From NCBI GenBank assembly GCA_963833055.1, contig CAWHWM010000004.1:324006-388005 (forward strand): a stretch of 64,000 nucleotides of DNA, given 5' to 3'. The position numbers and the translations under genes were made by a program. Below the pieces are notes generated by a model. The model did no database searches, was not told where the DNA came from, and worked only from the letters and a program-made list of their open reading frames with translations. This DNA is from Candidatus Dormiibacterota bacterium. Its GTDB lineage: Bacteria > Chloroflexota > Dormibacteria > Aeolococcales > Aeolococcaceae. This document shows positions 32,731-42,432 of the stretch, piece by piece. Each line of letters opens with the position of its first letter. Position 1 is the stretch's first letter.

Positions 32731-33380
32731 CCGACACGCTGCGAGACCTCGTCGAGCTCGCCATCGTCGTTGACCCGGTGTTCGATCAGAACTGCTATGT
32801 CCTCCGCCGACGCGACACGACCGATGCGCTGATCGTCGACCCCGGGCTGCAGCATCCGCAGACCATTGCCCTGCTTGAGAAGCGCGGCCTGCGGTGCGAT
32901 CGCATCCTGCTCACGCACGGGCACCCCGATCACGTCAACGGTGTGCCGGCGGTGAAGGCGGCGTTCGGCTGCGAAGCCGCGATCCACCCCGATGATCGCG
33001 AGCAACTCGAGGCTGCGCGCTATCTCCCCGGCGTTCCCGATGACCTCCCGGACGTTGTCTGCGAGCAGGACCTGCAGGACCGCGAGATGCTCCGGTGGCA
33101 CGACCTCGACATCGAGGTGATACACACGCCAGGACACACGCGTGGGTCGGTGTGTTTCCGCATCGGTCCGGATCTGCTGTCGGGGGACACGCTCTTCAAC
33201 CGCGGGATCGGCCGCTCCGATCTGCTCGGCGGATCGCATCCCGCGCTCATCTTCTCGATCGAGCAGCGGCTTTACACGCTGCCCCCGGAAACGGTCGTGT
33301 ATCCCGGTCATGGACCGCGAACGACGGTGGACGAGGAGATGCGGCTCAACCCGTTTGTGGTGCACCCCCGGTACCGCTGA
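32727..33380 (+). CDS. MBL-fold hydrolase (glyoxalase II/YcbL-like)
   Basis: THGHPDH, TPGHT, SGDTLF, PGHG. Confidence 0.9.
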   Translation: MTDTLRDLVELAIVVDPVFDQNCYVLRRRDTTDALIVDPGLQHPQTIALLEKRGLRCDRILLTHGHPDHVNGVPAVKAAFGCEAAIHPDDREQLEAARYLPGVPDDLPDVVCEQDLQDREMLRWHDLDIEVIHTPGHTRGSVCFRIGPDLLSGDTLFNRGIGRSDLLGGSHPALIFSIEQRLYTLPPETVVYPGHGPRTTVDEEMRLNPFVVHPRYR

Positions 33381-33422
33381 TACGAGGACCGTGTGTTACG
33401 GTGGCGAAAGGGGGCGCTGAAA

Positions 33423-34055
33423 ATGAGCTACGGCATACGAACAACGTGGGTGATCGGCGCGTGCGCGGTTGCGGCCGCGACCGCTGGTTGCGGGAGTGTT
33501 GCGTCGAACGCAACCACGTCGGTAGCACCGACCGTCGGGACCGTGGCGCCGTCCGCGTCGGCATCGCCGGCGGGATGCGCGAACCCTGATCTTGCTTCCG
33601 GGACATCGCCGGTCACGCAACTCGCGCTCACCGTCAGTGATCTCCCGCCCAGCGGTCCTTCGCTCGAGCAGATCAGTGACGGCGAGATGAGCGACACGCC
33701 GAACACGGATCAGCGCGGATTTGCCAATGTGGCCAACACGTTTCGCATCGAGGACGACGTCGTGCTGGACGCGTCGACGCAGGCAGCGTCGGCGGATTAT
33801 CCGCAGCTGCGTGACACGGCGAAGGCACTCTTCACCACGCTGACAAGCAGCTCGTCGCCGGCGATGCTCGGCTGCCAGGCGGACGAGTTCATCGGCAAGA
33901 CGTCAACCGGATACAGCCAGGTGGGCTTCGCGTTCCAGGATGGCGATGTCATCGCGGTGATCCTGGTTGTGAACTCCGCGGCGACGGTCGATCCGGCGTA
34001 CGCGGCTGCCGTCGCACTGGCCCAGGATCAGAAGATCGTCGCAGCCTCGAACTGA
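33423..34055 (+). CDS. Hypothetical lipoprotein
   Basis: Lipobox TAGC, Ser/Thr/Ala-rich linker. Confidence 0.65.
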   Translation: MSYGIRTTWVIGACAVAAATAGCGSVASNATTSVAPTVGTVAPSASASPAGCANPDLASGTSPVTQLALTVSDLPPSGPSLEQISDGEMSDTPNTDQRGFANVANTFRIEDDVVLDASTQAASADYPQLRDTAKALFTTLTSSSSPAMLGCQADEFIGKTSTGYSQVGFAFQDGDVIAVILVVNSAATVDPAYAAAVALAQDQKIVAASN

Positions 34056-34057
34056 GG

Positions 34058-34621
34058 TCAGTCGGTCCTGCCGAGACGCTCGAGGAGTTCGTGCAGGATC
34101 GCGCCGGTGACGCCCCAGATCACGCGCCCGGACGCCTCGTAGTAGTGCACGCGTCCGCGCATGCCATTGCGTTCGATGTCGCGAACGGTGTGCGGCGCCA
34201 CCAGCAGGTCCGCGATGTCGATGCGGAACCACTCCGCAACCTCGTAGCCGTCGCTGCGAAAGGCGATCGGCTCACGCTGCAGCCCAACCACAGGCGTGAG
34301 CCAGCGGCCCGAAACCACTGTGGAGAATGGGGAAAGCAGACCAAGCACCTCAACGCTCGCTGCGTCGATACCGAGCTCCTCGCCTGCCTCGCGCAGCGCG
34401 GTGGCGACGACGTCACTGTCGAACGTCTCCGCGCCACCGCCGGGAAAGGCGATCTGGCCGGGATGCTCGCGAAGGTCTTCCGAGCGAAGCAGAAAGAGCA
34501 GGGGCACGCCGGGCGTCGCGGGGTCGCAGAGCAGCAGGACCGAGGCGGGGCGCAGGCCATCCGGTATCGCCGCCACGACCGTCGCGTGGATCGAGAACGG
34601 CTGCTCGAAGCCGGTCGACAA
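34058..34621 (-). CDS. CoA pyrophosphatase (Nudix)
   Basis: HPGQIAFPGG..ATALREAGEELG, IWGVTG. Confidence 0.88.
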   Translation of the reverse strand: MSTGFEQPFSIHATVVAAIPDGLRPASVLLLCDPATPGVPLLFLLRSEDLREHPGQIAFPGGGAETFDSDVVATALREAGEELGIDAASVEVLGLLSPFSTVVSGRWLTPVVGLQREPIAFRSDGYEVAEWFRIDIADLLVAPHTVRDIERNGMRGRVHYYEASGRVIWGVTGAILHELLERLGRTD

Positions 34622-34691
34622 TCGGCACGGACGCTGTCATCGGGTGAGCGCCCCCGCTGCGTTCGCACGAGAGGCCGTACGCTTGACGGTG

Positions 34692-34983
34692 ATGGCAAGC
34701 GAAACACCCATCGAGAGCAAACCGCGGCGACGCTGCGCCACCTGCGGGGGTGAGCTGCGCTTCTCGCATCGCGAGTACGCGGGCAAGGGCACCTCGGCTG
34801 CTGTCCTGCGCTGCGCCGGATGCGGGAACGTGACCCGCGACAGCGCACGTGAGATCCGTCCAGGCGCCGCAGCGCCACACCTCGAAGCGTCATCGCGACC
34901 TGGACGCCGGTCCCCTGGAGAACCCGGTGATCGACCCGGAGCTGGCCGCCCGGCTGCTCCAGGCCGGTCGCGACTCCGGCTGA
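34692..34983 (+). CDS. Small zinc-ribbon protein (frameshifted)
   Basis: CATC...CAGC; C-terminal GPLENPVIDPELAARLL in shifted frame; TACGCT upstream. Confidence 0.45.
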
Positions 34984-34987
34984 CCCA

Positions 34988-35795
34988 TCACCCCGCGGCG
35001 GCGGCCGCAGGTCGCGCTGCTGTGGCGAAGCGCTCGAACCAGTGCAGGATCTCGGCATTCACCCGTTCGCGGTCGACATCCACGGAGATGGCGTGGCCGC
35101 TGCGCGGCAGCATCTCCAGCTCCACGGCCTCGCTGCCGACCAGCCGGCGCGCGATCTCACGCCCGCACCGAGGATCGATGGACCGGTCGCGTTCACCGTG
35201 CATCACCAGCACGGGGGCTCGGATCGCCGCGAGCTCATCGCGGACGGTGGCGCACAGCCGGCGAAGCTCGTCGATGCTCTTTGTGGGGCGCCGGCCGTAG
35301 CTGTACAGCTCCTCAACGGCGTCGGGATTCCAGAGGTCGACATCATCACCGGTCCGGTGCCAGCGGACCACGCGTTTCAGCACCGGCAGCAAGGGCGGAA
35401 GCGGCCCGCTCAGCCAGATCGGCGCGGCAAGCGTGGCGACGGCGCGAACCCGCAGATCGTGCGCGGCGAGGTGGAGCGCGAGAGCCCCGCCCATCGACTG
35501 GCCGGCGACCATGACGTCCTCGCACTCCGATGCAAGCTCGTCGAATTCCTCGGCAACGCAGGCCGCCCAATCCTGCCAGCTCGTTCGCTCGAGGTCCTCG
35601 GGAGTGGTGCCGTGGCCCGGCAGCGCAGGGGCATGGCAGCGGAAACCCTGCGGCGGCGAGGTCCTCACCGAGCCGGCGCAGCTCAGGCGGGGTACCCGCG
35701 AAGCCGTGGATGAGCAGGACACCACGAGGTCCGTCTCCCAGGCGCCACGGCCGCACGACGTCAGGGTCGAATGGCGCGAGCGTGCGAGCGGTCAT
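34988..35795 (-). CDS. Carboxylesterase/monoacylglycerol lipase-like alpha/beta hydrolase (frameshift near 35650)
   Basis: IHGFAGTP, LPGHGTTPEDL, GQSMGG, SGH. Confidence 0.88.
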
Positions 35796-35848
35796 GCATC
35801 GAGTATATGGATCGCCCTCGTGACGCTCGGTGATACCGTCGCCCGACG

Positions 35849-36877
35849 ATGGCCGAGGAGGTGATGCGTCAGGCACTCGAGACGGTGGTGTCCGGCGGCT
35901 CCCTCGACGTGGCGACTGCCCGCTCGGTGATGGACACGATGATGGAGGGGCAGGCGACCCCCGCTCAGGTGGGAGCGCTCGTTGCCGCGCTGCGGACACG
36001 GGGTGAGACGGTGGACGAGCTTGCGGGCATGGTCGAGTCGATGCGCGCGCACGCCACGCAGGTCACGCTCGCGGTCGAGGCGGTCGACACCTGTGGCACC
36101 GGCGGTGATGCAGCGGGGACGTTCAACATCTCCACGGCGGCTGCGCTTGTGGCTGCGGGCGCCGGCTGCCCGGTGGCGAAACACGGCAATCGCGCGGCGT
36201 CCTCACGATGCGGCAGCGCAGATGTCCTCGAGGCCCTCGGCGTCGTGATCTCGCTGTCTCCGGACGGGGTTCGCCGGTGCGTCGACGAGGCGGGTATCGG
36301 ATTCCTGTTCGCAGTCGACTTCCATCCGGCGCTGCGTCACGTCGGTCCCATCCGCCGCGAGCTGGGGTTTCGCACCGTGTTCAACGTGCTCGGTCCGCTC
36401 GCCAACCCGGCGCGCGTGCGGCATCAATCGCTCGGTGTTTCAAACGCACGGCTGACGCCGATGATGGCCGAGGTGCTGCATCGAATCGGCCACGTCCATG
36501 CGCTCGTCTTCACCGGGCCCGACGGCGTCGACGAGCTCGGCGTCGGCGGGATCGCGCGCTGCTTCGAGGTGACGCCCGAAGGTGTCCGCGAGTTCGTGCT
36601 CGACCCGCGCGATGTCGGGCTCGAGGCGGCACCGTTCGCAGCAGTGCGCGGCAGCGATGCGATGACCAACGCCGCGATCATCCGTGCCGTCCTCGATGGT
36701 GAGACCGGACCTCGTCGCGACGTTGTGCTGCTCAATGCGGCCGCCGTGCTCTTTGCGGCCGACCACGTGACGACACTCATCGACGGCATCGCTGTCGCAC
36801 GCGAGTCCATCAACTCCGGCGCTGCCCGTCACGCGCTCGAGGAACTCGCGCGTGTGTCGCATGAGGCTGCGGCATGA
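35849..36877 (+). CDS. trpD: Anthranilate phosphoribosyltransferase
   Basis: DTCGTGGD, NIST, KHGNRAASS, GPLANP. Confidence 0.95.
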   Translation: MAEEVMRQALETVVSGGSLDVATARSVMDTMMEGQATPAQVGALVAALRTRGETVDELAGMVESMRAHATQVTLAVEAVDTCGTGGDAAGTFNISTAAALVAAGAGCPVAKHGNRAASSRCGSADVLEALGVVISLSPDGVRRCVDEAGIGFLFAVDFHPALRHVGPIRRELGFRTVFNVLGPLANPARVRHQSLGVSNARLTPMMAEVLHRIGHVHALVFTGPDGVDELGVGGIARCFEVTPEGVREFVLDPRDVGLEAAPFAAVRGSDAMTNAAIIRAVLDGETGPRRDVVLLNAAAVLFAADHVTTLIDGIAVARESINSGAARHALEELARVSHEAAA

Positions 36878-37569
36878 GCCGCGCCTCGGTGCTGCTCAGC
36901 CTGCAGCAGATCGACGATCGCATCGCGACACTCACATCGGAGATCGCCGTCACCGAGGCATCGCTCCGCGGCGATCCGGAGCTGGAGCGCCTGCGTGGCG
37001 CCGAAGCCGCGGCGCACGAGGAGCACCGCGCGCTCGGCGCGAGCGCGAATCTCGCGGAACTCGAGGCGGCGTCGCTGCAGGCGCGCATCCGTGAGCTGGA
37101 CCGCCGCCTCTACGGCGGCACGGTCCGCAACCCCGCCGAGCTGATGGAGATGCAGCGCGAGCTCGAGGTGATGCGCACGAAGCTGTCCACCGCGGAGGAC
37201 GACGCGCTTGGCCGCATGGAGGATGTCGACGTGTCCACGGCGAGCCTGGAAAGCGCATCCGCAGCGGTTGTTGCGCGCGAGGCGCAGCGTGCCGCTGCGA
37301 TGGAACCGCTGCGTCAGCGTCTCGCAACGCTCACTGCCGAGCGCGATGTCCTCAACGCCGAACGCGATGGACTGCGTGCCGAGGCGGACGCCAACGATCT
37401 CTCGCTCTACGCGCGCATTGCGGCGCATCGCCGCCCTGCGGTGACCGGCCTCGCAGGGGAGTCGTGCGCCGGCTGCCATATGCCTGTCTCCAATGAGGAG
37501 CGGCGCGCCGTGCGCACCGGTACCGGGCTCACGCAGTGCGCGAACTGCGACCGGATTCTTGCGCCGTGA
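36874..37569 (+). CDS. Coiled-coil protein with C-terminal C4 zinc ribbon (DUF164/CT398-like)
   Basis: LQQIDDRI, coiled coil, CAGC...CANCDRIL. Confidence 0.88.
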   Translation: MSRASVLLSLQQIDDRIATLTSEIAVTEASLRGDPELERLRGAEAAAHEEHRALGASANLAELEAASLQARIRELDRRLYGGTVRNPAELMEMQRELEVMRTKLSTAEDDALGRMEDVDVSTASLESASAAVVAREAQRAAAMEPLRQRLATLTAERDVLNAERDGLRAEADANDLSLYARIAAHRRPAVTGLAGESCAGCHMPVSNEERRAVRTGTGLTQCANCDRILAP

Positions 37570-38013
37570 CCGCAACTGTCAATCGCATACACGGACGGCG
37601 CCTGCTCGGGCAATCCCGGCGCCGGGGCCTGGGCGTATCGGATCGAATGGCCCGACGGTGTCGTCGACGAGGCCGCCGGCGGTGAGGTCCTCACGACGAA
37701 CAACCGCGAGGAGCTGAAAGCCGTCCGCGAGGCGCTGCTGCACATTCGGGAGCGCATCGGTGATGACCCCGCGTGGCGAATCGTCGTGCGCACCGACAGT
37801 CTCGGTGTCATCAACTGGCTCACCGGCTCGTGGAAACGCAAGAAGAACCTCGACCTGTATCCGTCGATCGACCCGCTTGTCGATACGCGCGTGCGGTTCG
37901 AACACGTGCGCGGCCACAGCGGCGATCCCGGCAACGAGCGAGTGGACACCCTCGCGGTGGAGGAGACGCATCGGATCATGGCCGGCGCAGCCGGCGGAGG
38001 CTCTGCACGATGA
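37566..38013 (+). CDS. rnhA: Ribonuclease HI (frameshift near 5' end)
   Basis: YTDGACSGNPG, TTNNREEL, TDS, HVRGHSGDPGNERVD. Confidence 0.9.
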
Positions 38014-38906
38014 CCTATTCGATCGTGGCGCGCGACCCGGAGACAGGTGACCTCGGCGTCGCGGTGCAGTCGCACTGGTTCTCCGTTGGTTCCGTGGTGA
38101 CGTGGGCCGAGCCGGGTGTCGGCGCCATCGCCACGCAATCCTTTGCGGAGCCCGCGTATGGACCACGTGGACTCGCGCTCATGCGCATGGGTGTCGACCC
38201 GGAGACGGCGATGCGCGCGCTGACCAGCGCGGACGCGGAACAGGCGCGGCGCCAGATCGCCTTCATCGACGCCACGGGCCGCGTTGCGGCACACACGGGC
38301 GCGCTCTGCATCCACGCTGCGGGCCATCTCACGTCGGACGGCGTTTCCGTGCAGGCGAACATGATGCGGGGCGCGGGCGTGTGGCCCGCGATGCTCGAGG
38401 CATACCAGGGTTCCAAAGGCGACCTGACAGACCGGCTGCTCGCGGCGCTCGACGCGGCCGAGGCTGAAGGTGGAGACATCCGCGGACGGCAGTCGGCTGC
38501 AATGCTCATCGTCAAGGGCACGAGTTCTGGCCAACCATGGCGTGATCGTGTCGTCGATCTGCGCGTGGACGACGCTCCGGATCCGCTCGCCGAGCTGCAT
38601 CGGCTCGTCGACGTGCACCGCGGCTATCAGCATATGGAGGCTGCGGAGGAGCACGAGATCGCCGGTGACCTCGCAGGCTCGCTCGAGGAGTATCAGCTCG
38701 CTCGTCCACTCCTCGGCGACAACGACGAGGCTGCGTTCTGGGCTGCGATCCTCATGGCGGATGCCGGCCGGGTGGAGGAGGGGAAGGCGCTGCTCGCCGA
38801 GATTGCGACCCGCGAGCCTGGCTGGAACGACCTGCTCCGCCGACTGCCCGCGGTCGACCTGCTGAAGAACGGCGAGGCGACCGTCGGGAGCCTGCTCGGC
38901 TTCTGA
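38010..38906 (+). CDS. DUF1028 (Ntn-hydrolase-like) protein with TPR tail
   Basis: MTYSIVARD, GAIATQ, GGDIRGRQSAA, DLRVDD. Confidence 0.88.
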   Translation: MTYSIVARDPETGDLGVAVQSHWFSVGSVVTWAEPGVGAIATQSFAEPAYGPRGLALMRMGVDPETAMRALTSADAEQARRQIAFIDATGRVAAHTGALCIHAAGHLTSDGVSVQANMMRGAGVWPAMLEAYQGSKGDLTDRLLAALDAAEAEGGDIRGRQSAAMLIVKGTSSGQPWRDRVVDLRVDDAPDPLAELHRLVDVHRGYQHMEAAEEHEIAGDLAGSLEEYQLARPLLGDNDEAAFWAAILMADAGRVEEGKALLAEIATREPGWNDLLRRLPAVDLLKNGEATVGSLLGF

Positions 38907-38981
38907 ACATCGAATGCAACGTCACAGCGCCGGCGACGTGCAGGCGATGACGCAGCTTGTCGACGAAAACGACGGGGAAGT

Positions 38982-39352
38982 GCAAGCCGGCCGATAAGCC
39001 GGGTTCTGTCCTCATCCACGGCAGACGAGGGACGGTCATCCATCTGGGACGCCGGTTACCCGGCGCCTCGAGCGGCCCACCTGAGACACACGAAGCGAGC
39101 AACTCCTGAGCGCCGAAACGCTCGGTCTCTGTTCGGCCTTGCTCCGGGCGGGGTTTACCTGGCCGGCCGGTCACCCGGCCGCCGGTGGGCTCTTACCCCA
39201 CCATTTCACCGTTGCCCCGGACGGGTCCGGGGCTGTGTCATTTCTGTGGCACTCTCCTTCGGGTCACCCCGACTGGGCGTTACCCAGCGCCCTGCTCTGC
39301 GGAGCCCGGACTTTCCTCGGGCACGCTGCCCGCGACCGTCTGGCCGGCTTGC
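38982..39352 (-). ncRNA. rnpB: RNase P RNA (type A)
   Basis: Minus strand: GAGGAAAGTCCGGGCTCC, AGTGCCACAGAAA, GGTAAACCCCGCCCGGAGCAAG, ACAGAACCCGGCTTAT; P1 arms GCAAGCCGGCC/GGCCGGCTTGC; TAGACT -10 upstream. Confidence 0.97.
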
Positions 39353-39415
39353 CGCTCGAGTCTATCCTCTGTGGCTCCCTGCCAACGACACCCAGCCCAG
39401 GAGATCACGAGCACG

Positions 39416-40123
39416 GTGCACCAACGTCTCTTCCTTCACGCCGGCGGTGACGGCACATCCGCACGGCCCGCTGTCATCGAGCATCTCCGCGGAGCGAAGC
39501 GCGCCGTGATGATCCCCTACGCGCAGAGCGACCACGATCGAGCCACCGCCCGCTTCAGCGAATGGCTGACGCCGCATGGCGTCGAGATCACCGGCGTCCA
39601 TACGGCGGCTGACCCGGCGGCGATGATCGCGGACGCCGACGCCGTCTTCGTCACCGGCGGCAACAGCTTCCGGTTGGTGGACGCGCTCCACCGCCTCGGG
39701 CTGATCGCGCCCGTCCGCGCCGCGATTGAACAAGGGATTCCGTACTGGGGCGCGAGCGCGGGAGCCAATGTGGCCTGCCCGACCATCCGGACCACCAACG
39801 ACATGCCCATCGTGCAACCGCCGAGCTTTGCGGCCTTCAACCTCGTCCCGTTCCAGATCAACCCGCACTACATCGACCCGCCGCCGCCCGAGCAGCGCGT
39901 GGGCGAGACGCGCGAGGAGCGCCTGCAGGAATTCCTCGAGGAGAACGACGTTGTGGTCGTCGCGCTTCGTGAGCAGAGCTGGCTGGAGATCGATGGACCG
40001 TCGATGCACCTCAGGGGGACAGGTGGGGCGGTCCTGTTCCGCCGGGGCGCGGAACCCGGGCAGGTGATCGGAGGAGCGGATCTCTCGTCGCTGCTCCTGG
40101 AAACGCCTCGGTACGACGCCTGA
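39416..40123 (+). CDS. pepE: Dipeptidase E (peptidase S51)
   Basis: GGNSF, GASAGAN, TIRTTNDMPIV, QINPHY, GETREERL. Confidence 0.93.
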   Translation: MHQRLFLHAGGDGTSARPAVIEHLRGAKRAVMIPYAQSDHDRATARFSEWLTPHGVEITGVHTAADPAAMIADADAVFVTGGNSFRLVDALHRLGLIAPVRAAIEQGIPYWGASAGANVACPTIRTTNDMPIVQPPSFAAFNLVPFQINPHYIDPPPPEQRVGETREERLQEFLEENDVVVVALREQSWLEIDGPSMHLRGTGGAVLFRRGAEPGQVIGGADLSSLLLETPRYDA

Positions 40124-40163
40124 CGCCTCTTCCCGCGGGAGGTGCATCGTACATTTGTTTGCG

Positions 40164-40192
40164 TTGACGCCTCACCACACACCTGTTAGGGT
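40164..40192 (+). promoter_or_regulatory. dcw promoter (sigma70-type)
   Basis: TTGACG-17 nt-TAGGGT with extended TG. Confidence 0.75.
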
Positions 40193-40200
40193 TCGCGCCG

Positions 40201-40230
40201 GTGGAGCAAAGTGGTGAGTAGTGGGGAGAC
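40201..40230 (+). promoter_or_regulatory. MraZ-binding direct repeats
   Basis: GTGGAG, GTGGTG, GTGGGG at exact 10-bp period just downstream of the promoter. Confidence 0.85.
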
Positions 40231-40234
40231 CGAC

Positions 40235-40741
40235 GTGACGACGGAGAAGCTCGAGCAGGTGCAGGCCGTTCTGCATGTCCCGCCGACGCTCTTCGGAACG
40301 TACCGGCACCATGTTGACGAAAAAGGCCGCGTTGCGGTCCCTGCTTCGCTGCGCCGCTTCCTGCCCGAGGGCAGTGTCGTCGCTCCGGGACCCGATACCC
40401 GACTGATGATCTGCCCCCCAGGTCTATGGGCGCGGGAGCGCGAGCTCTTCCTCCGCACCGCCGAGACGCCCGCCCAGGAACGCCGCTTCATGCGGACGCT
40501 GAGCGAGAACGCCTCGGTCCTCGAGATCGACGCGCAGGGACGCCTCCTGCTCACGGCAGGGCAGCGGAGCTTCGCCCAGATCGTCGACCAGGTCGTCTTC
40601 CTCGGCGTCGGCACCACCGTGGAGATCGTCGCCGACGAGATCTACCAGTCCGAGCACTCGACGGTGAAACCCGCCGAGTACACCCAGTTCTGGGACGTCG
40701 TCCACCAGCGCGGAGCGTCCGCACCCTCGTCGCCGGCGTGA
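40235..40741 (+). CDS. mraZ: Transcriptional repressor MraZ
   Basis: DEKGRV and DAQGRL motifs; position at head of dcw. Confidence 0.92.
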   Translation: MTTEKLEQVQAVLHVPPTLFGTYRHHVDEKGRVAVPASLRRFLPEGSVVAPGPDTRLMICPPGLWARERELFLRTAETPAQERRFMRTLSENASVLEIDAQGRLLLTAGQRSFAQIVDQVVFLGVGTTVEIVADEIYQSEHSTVKPAEYTQFWDVVHQRGASAPSSPA

Positions 40742-40768
40742 GCGCCCCAGACGGATTCGCCTCGATTC

Positions 40769-41788
40769 ATGACCATCCCCCTGTCGTTCGTGGCCGGCAT
40801 GGGGATTCTCGATGCAGCCACGCCCGGTTCCCCGTCGCCTGACGGCGCGGGCCACCGGCCGGTCCTTCTCACACCCCTCATAGAGAGCCTGCAGCCCCGG
40901 CCCGGGCAGATCGCCGTCGACGCCACCTTCGGCGCCGGCGGGGTCACGGCCGCGCTCCTCGAGCGCGTCACCCCGGGCGGCCGGGTGATCGCGATCGATC
41001 GCGATCAGAGCGCTGTCGACGCTGGTCGCGCCCGATTCGGCGCGAGCGGCGACGCGGTCGAGATCGCTCAAGGAGACTTCGCCGACCTGGAGTCCATCGT
41101 CCACGCCATGGGCGTGACGGCCGTGGACATCGTCGCCTTCGATCTCGGTATCTCGTCACTCCAGCTCGATGACCCGGCACGCGGCTTCAGCTTCCGCTTC
41201 GACGGACCGCTCGACATGCGCATGGACCCGACATCGGGGGTCACCGCTGCGCACCTCGTCAACTCCCTGACGGCGGACCAGCTGATGACCATGATCCGCG
41301 ACTACGGCGACGAGCGATTCGCACGAGCGATCGCCAGCCGGATCGTCAGAACGCGGGAACGCACGCCGATCACCACCACCACGCAGCTTCGTGAGCTCGT
41401 CGAGCAGGTGGTGCCGCGGCGGTTCTGGCCAAAGCGGATCCACCCGGCGACGCGCACATTCCAGGCGCTTCGCATCGCGGTGAATCACGAGCTCGAAAGC
41501 CTCGAACGAGGCCTGCAGGCAGCAATCAGCATCCTCCGGCCCGGTGGGCGTCTTGGGGTCATCTCCTTCCACTCTCTCGAGGACACCCTTGTAAAGAACG
41601 CACTCCACGTCGCAGCTCAGAATTGTGTCTGTCCACCCCAACAGCCCCACTGCACCTGCGTCCACCGGGCCACACTCTTTCTCCTCACCCGCAAGGTGAT
41701 CCGGCCTGATCCGGCCGAACTGGCGACCAACCCGAGATCACGCTCGGCACGCCTGCGAGTTGCGGAGAAGCTCGCCACCCAGGGGTGA
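40769..41788 (+). CDS. rsmH: 16S rRNA m4C1402 methyltransferase
   Basis: HRPVLL, DATFGAGG, DLGISS, PLDMRM, ISFHSLED, NPRSRSARLR. Confidence 0.96.
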   Translation: MTIPLSFVAGMGILDAATPGSPSPDGAGHRPVLLTPLIESLQPRPGQIAVDATFGAGGVTAALLERVTPGGRVIAIDRDQSAVDAGRARFGASGDAVEIAQGDFADLESIVHAMGVTAVDIVAFDLGISSLQLDDPARGFSFRFDGPLDMRMDPTSGVTAAHLVNSLTADQLMTMIRDYGDERFARAIASRIVRTRERTPITTTTQLRELVEQVVPRRFWPKRIHPATRTFQALRIAVNHELESLERGLQAAISILRPGGRLGVISFHSLEDTLVKNALHVAAQNCVCPPQQPHCTCVHRATLFLLTRKVIRPDPAELATNPRSRSARLRVAEKLATQG

Positions 41789-42432
41789 CGGGCGCCTCGT
41801 CCTTCTCAACGTCTCACTTCGCGCCCAAGGGGGGAGCCGCGCCTGGCGCGGCTCCGCCCGCCACCCTTCGTTCGCCGGCCGGCACCGTCGGTGCCCCTCC
41901 ATCGTCCCTCTCAACGTTTGCATCACTGGAGATCAGGGCAGTGCCCAACTTGCGTTTCGCACACGGTGTCGACCGCGCGTCGACCCAAACATCCGCCGGC
42001 GTCGACGACGTCCCCTTCGAGCCACTGGTTCGACGTCTGCGCATCCGCCGTGGCGGACCGCGTACACCGTTGCCGTTGCTGCCGGTGATCGCGATCGCCG
42101 CCGGCATCGGCATCGCGTACGTCAACCAGACCGCGCACGTCACCACCGCCACGTATCAGGCGACGCGACTCGAGGGCCGGCAGGAGCAGCTCATCGCGCA
42201 GAACCAGCAGCTCACCGCTGAGCTCGCGCGTCTCGAGTTGTCGGAGCGGATCATCTCCGCGGCGCAGACCATGGGCATGCGTCCGGCCGCCAAATGGGCG
42301 TTCGTCGCCGCGGCGCCGCACAACGTCATCGCCTCGCCGTCCGAAGATCAATTGACGAGCACTGACACCGGCGACACGTTGCAGCAACTGGTCGGGGCGC
42401 TCGACGGCGCCTTCGGTGGCGCCGGTCGATGA
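41785..42432 (+). CDS. ftsL: FtsL-like cell division protein with long N-terminal extension
   Basis: TM + coiled coil (ERIISAAQTMGM), located between rsmH and ftsI. Confidence 0.65.
   Translation: MTGASSFSTSHFAPKGGAAPGAAPPATLRSPAGTVGAPPSSLSTFASLEIRAVPNLRFAHGVDRASTQTSAGVDDVPFEPLVRRLRIRRGGPRTPLPLLPVIAIAAGIGIAYVNQTAHVTTATYQATRLEGRQEQLIAQNQQLTAELARLELSERIISAAQTMGMRPAAKWAFVAAAPHNVIASPSEDQLTSTDTGDTLQQLVGALDGAFGGAGR

Noticed and set aside
36874-39352. Zn-ribbon, RNase H and rnpB clustering as a novel system
   Set aside because: Resembles a neighbourhood already familiar from other bacteria
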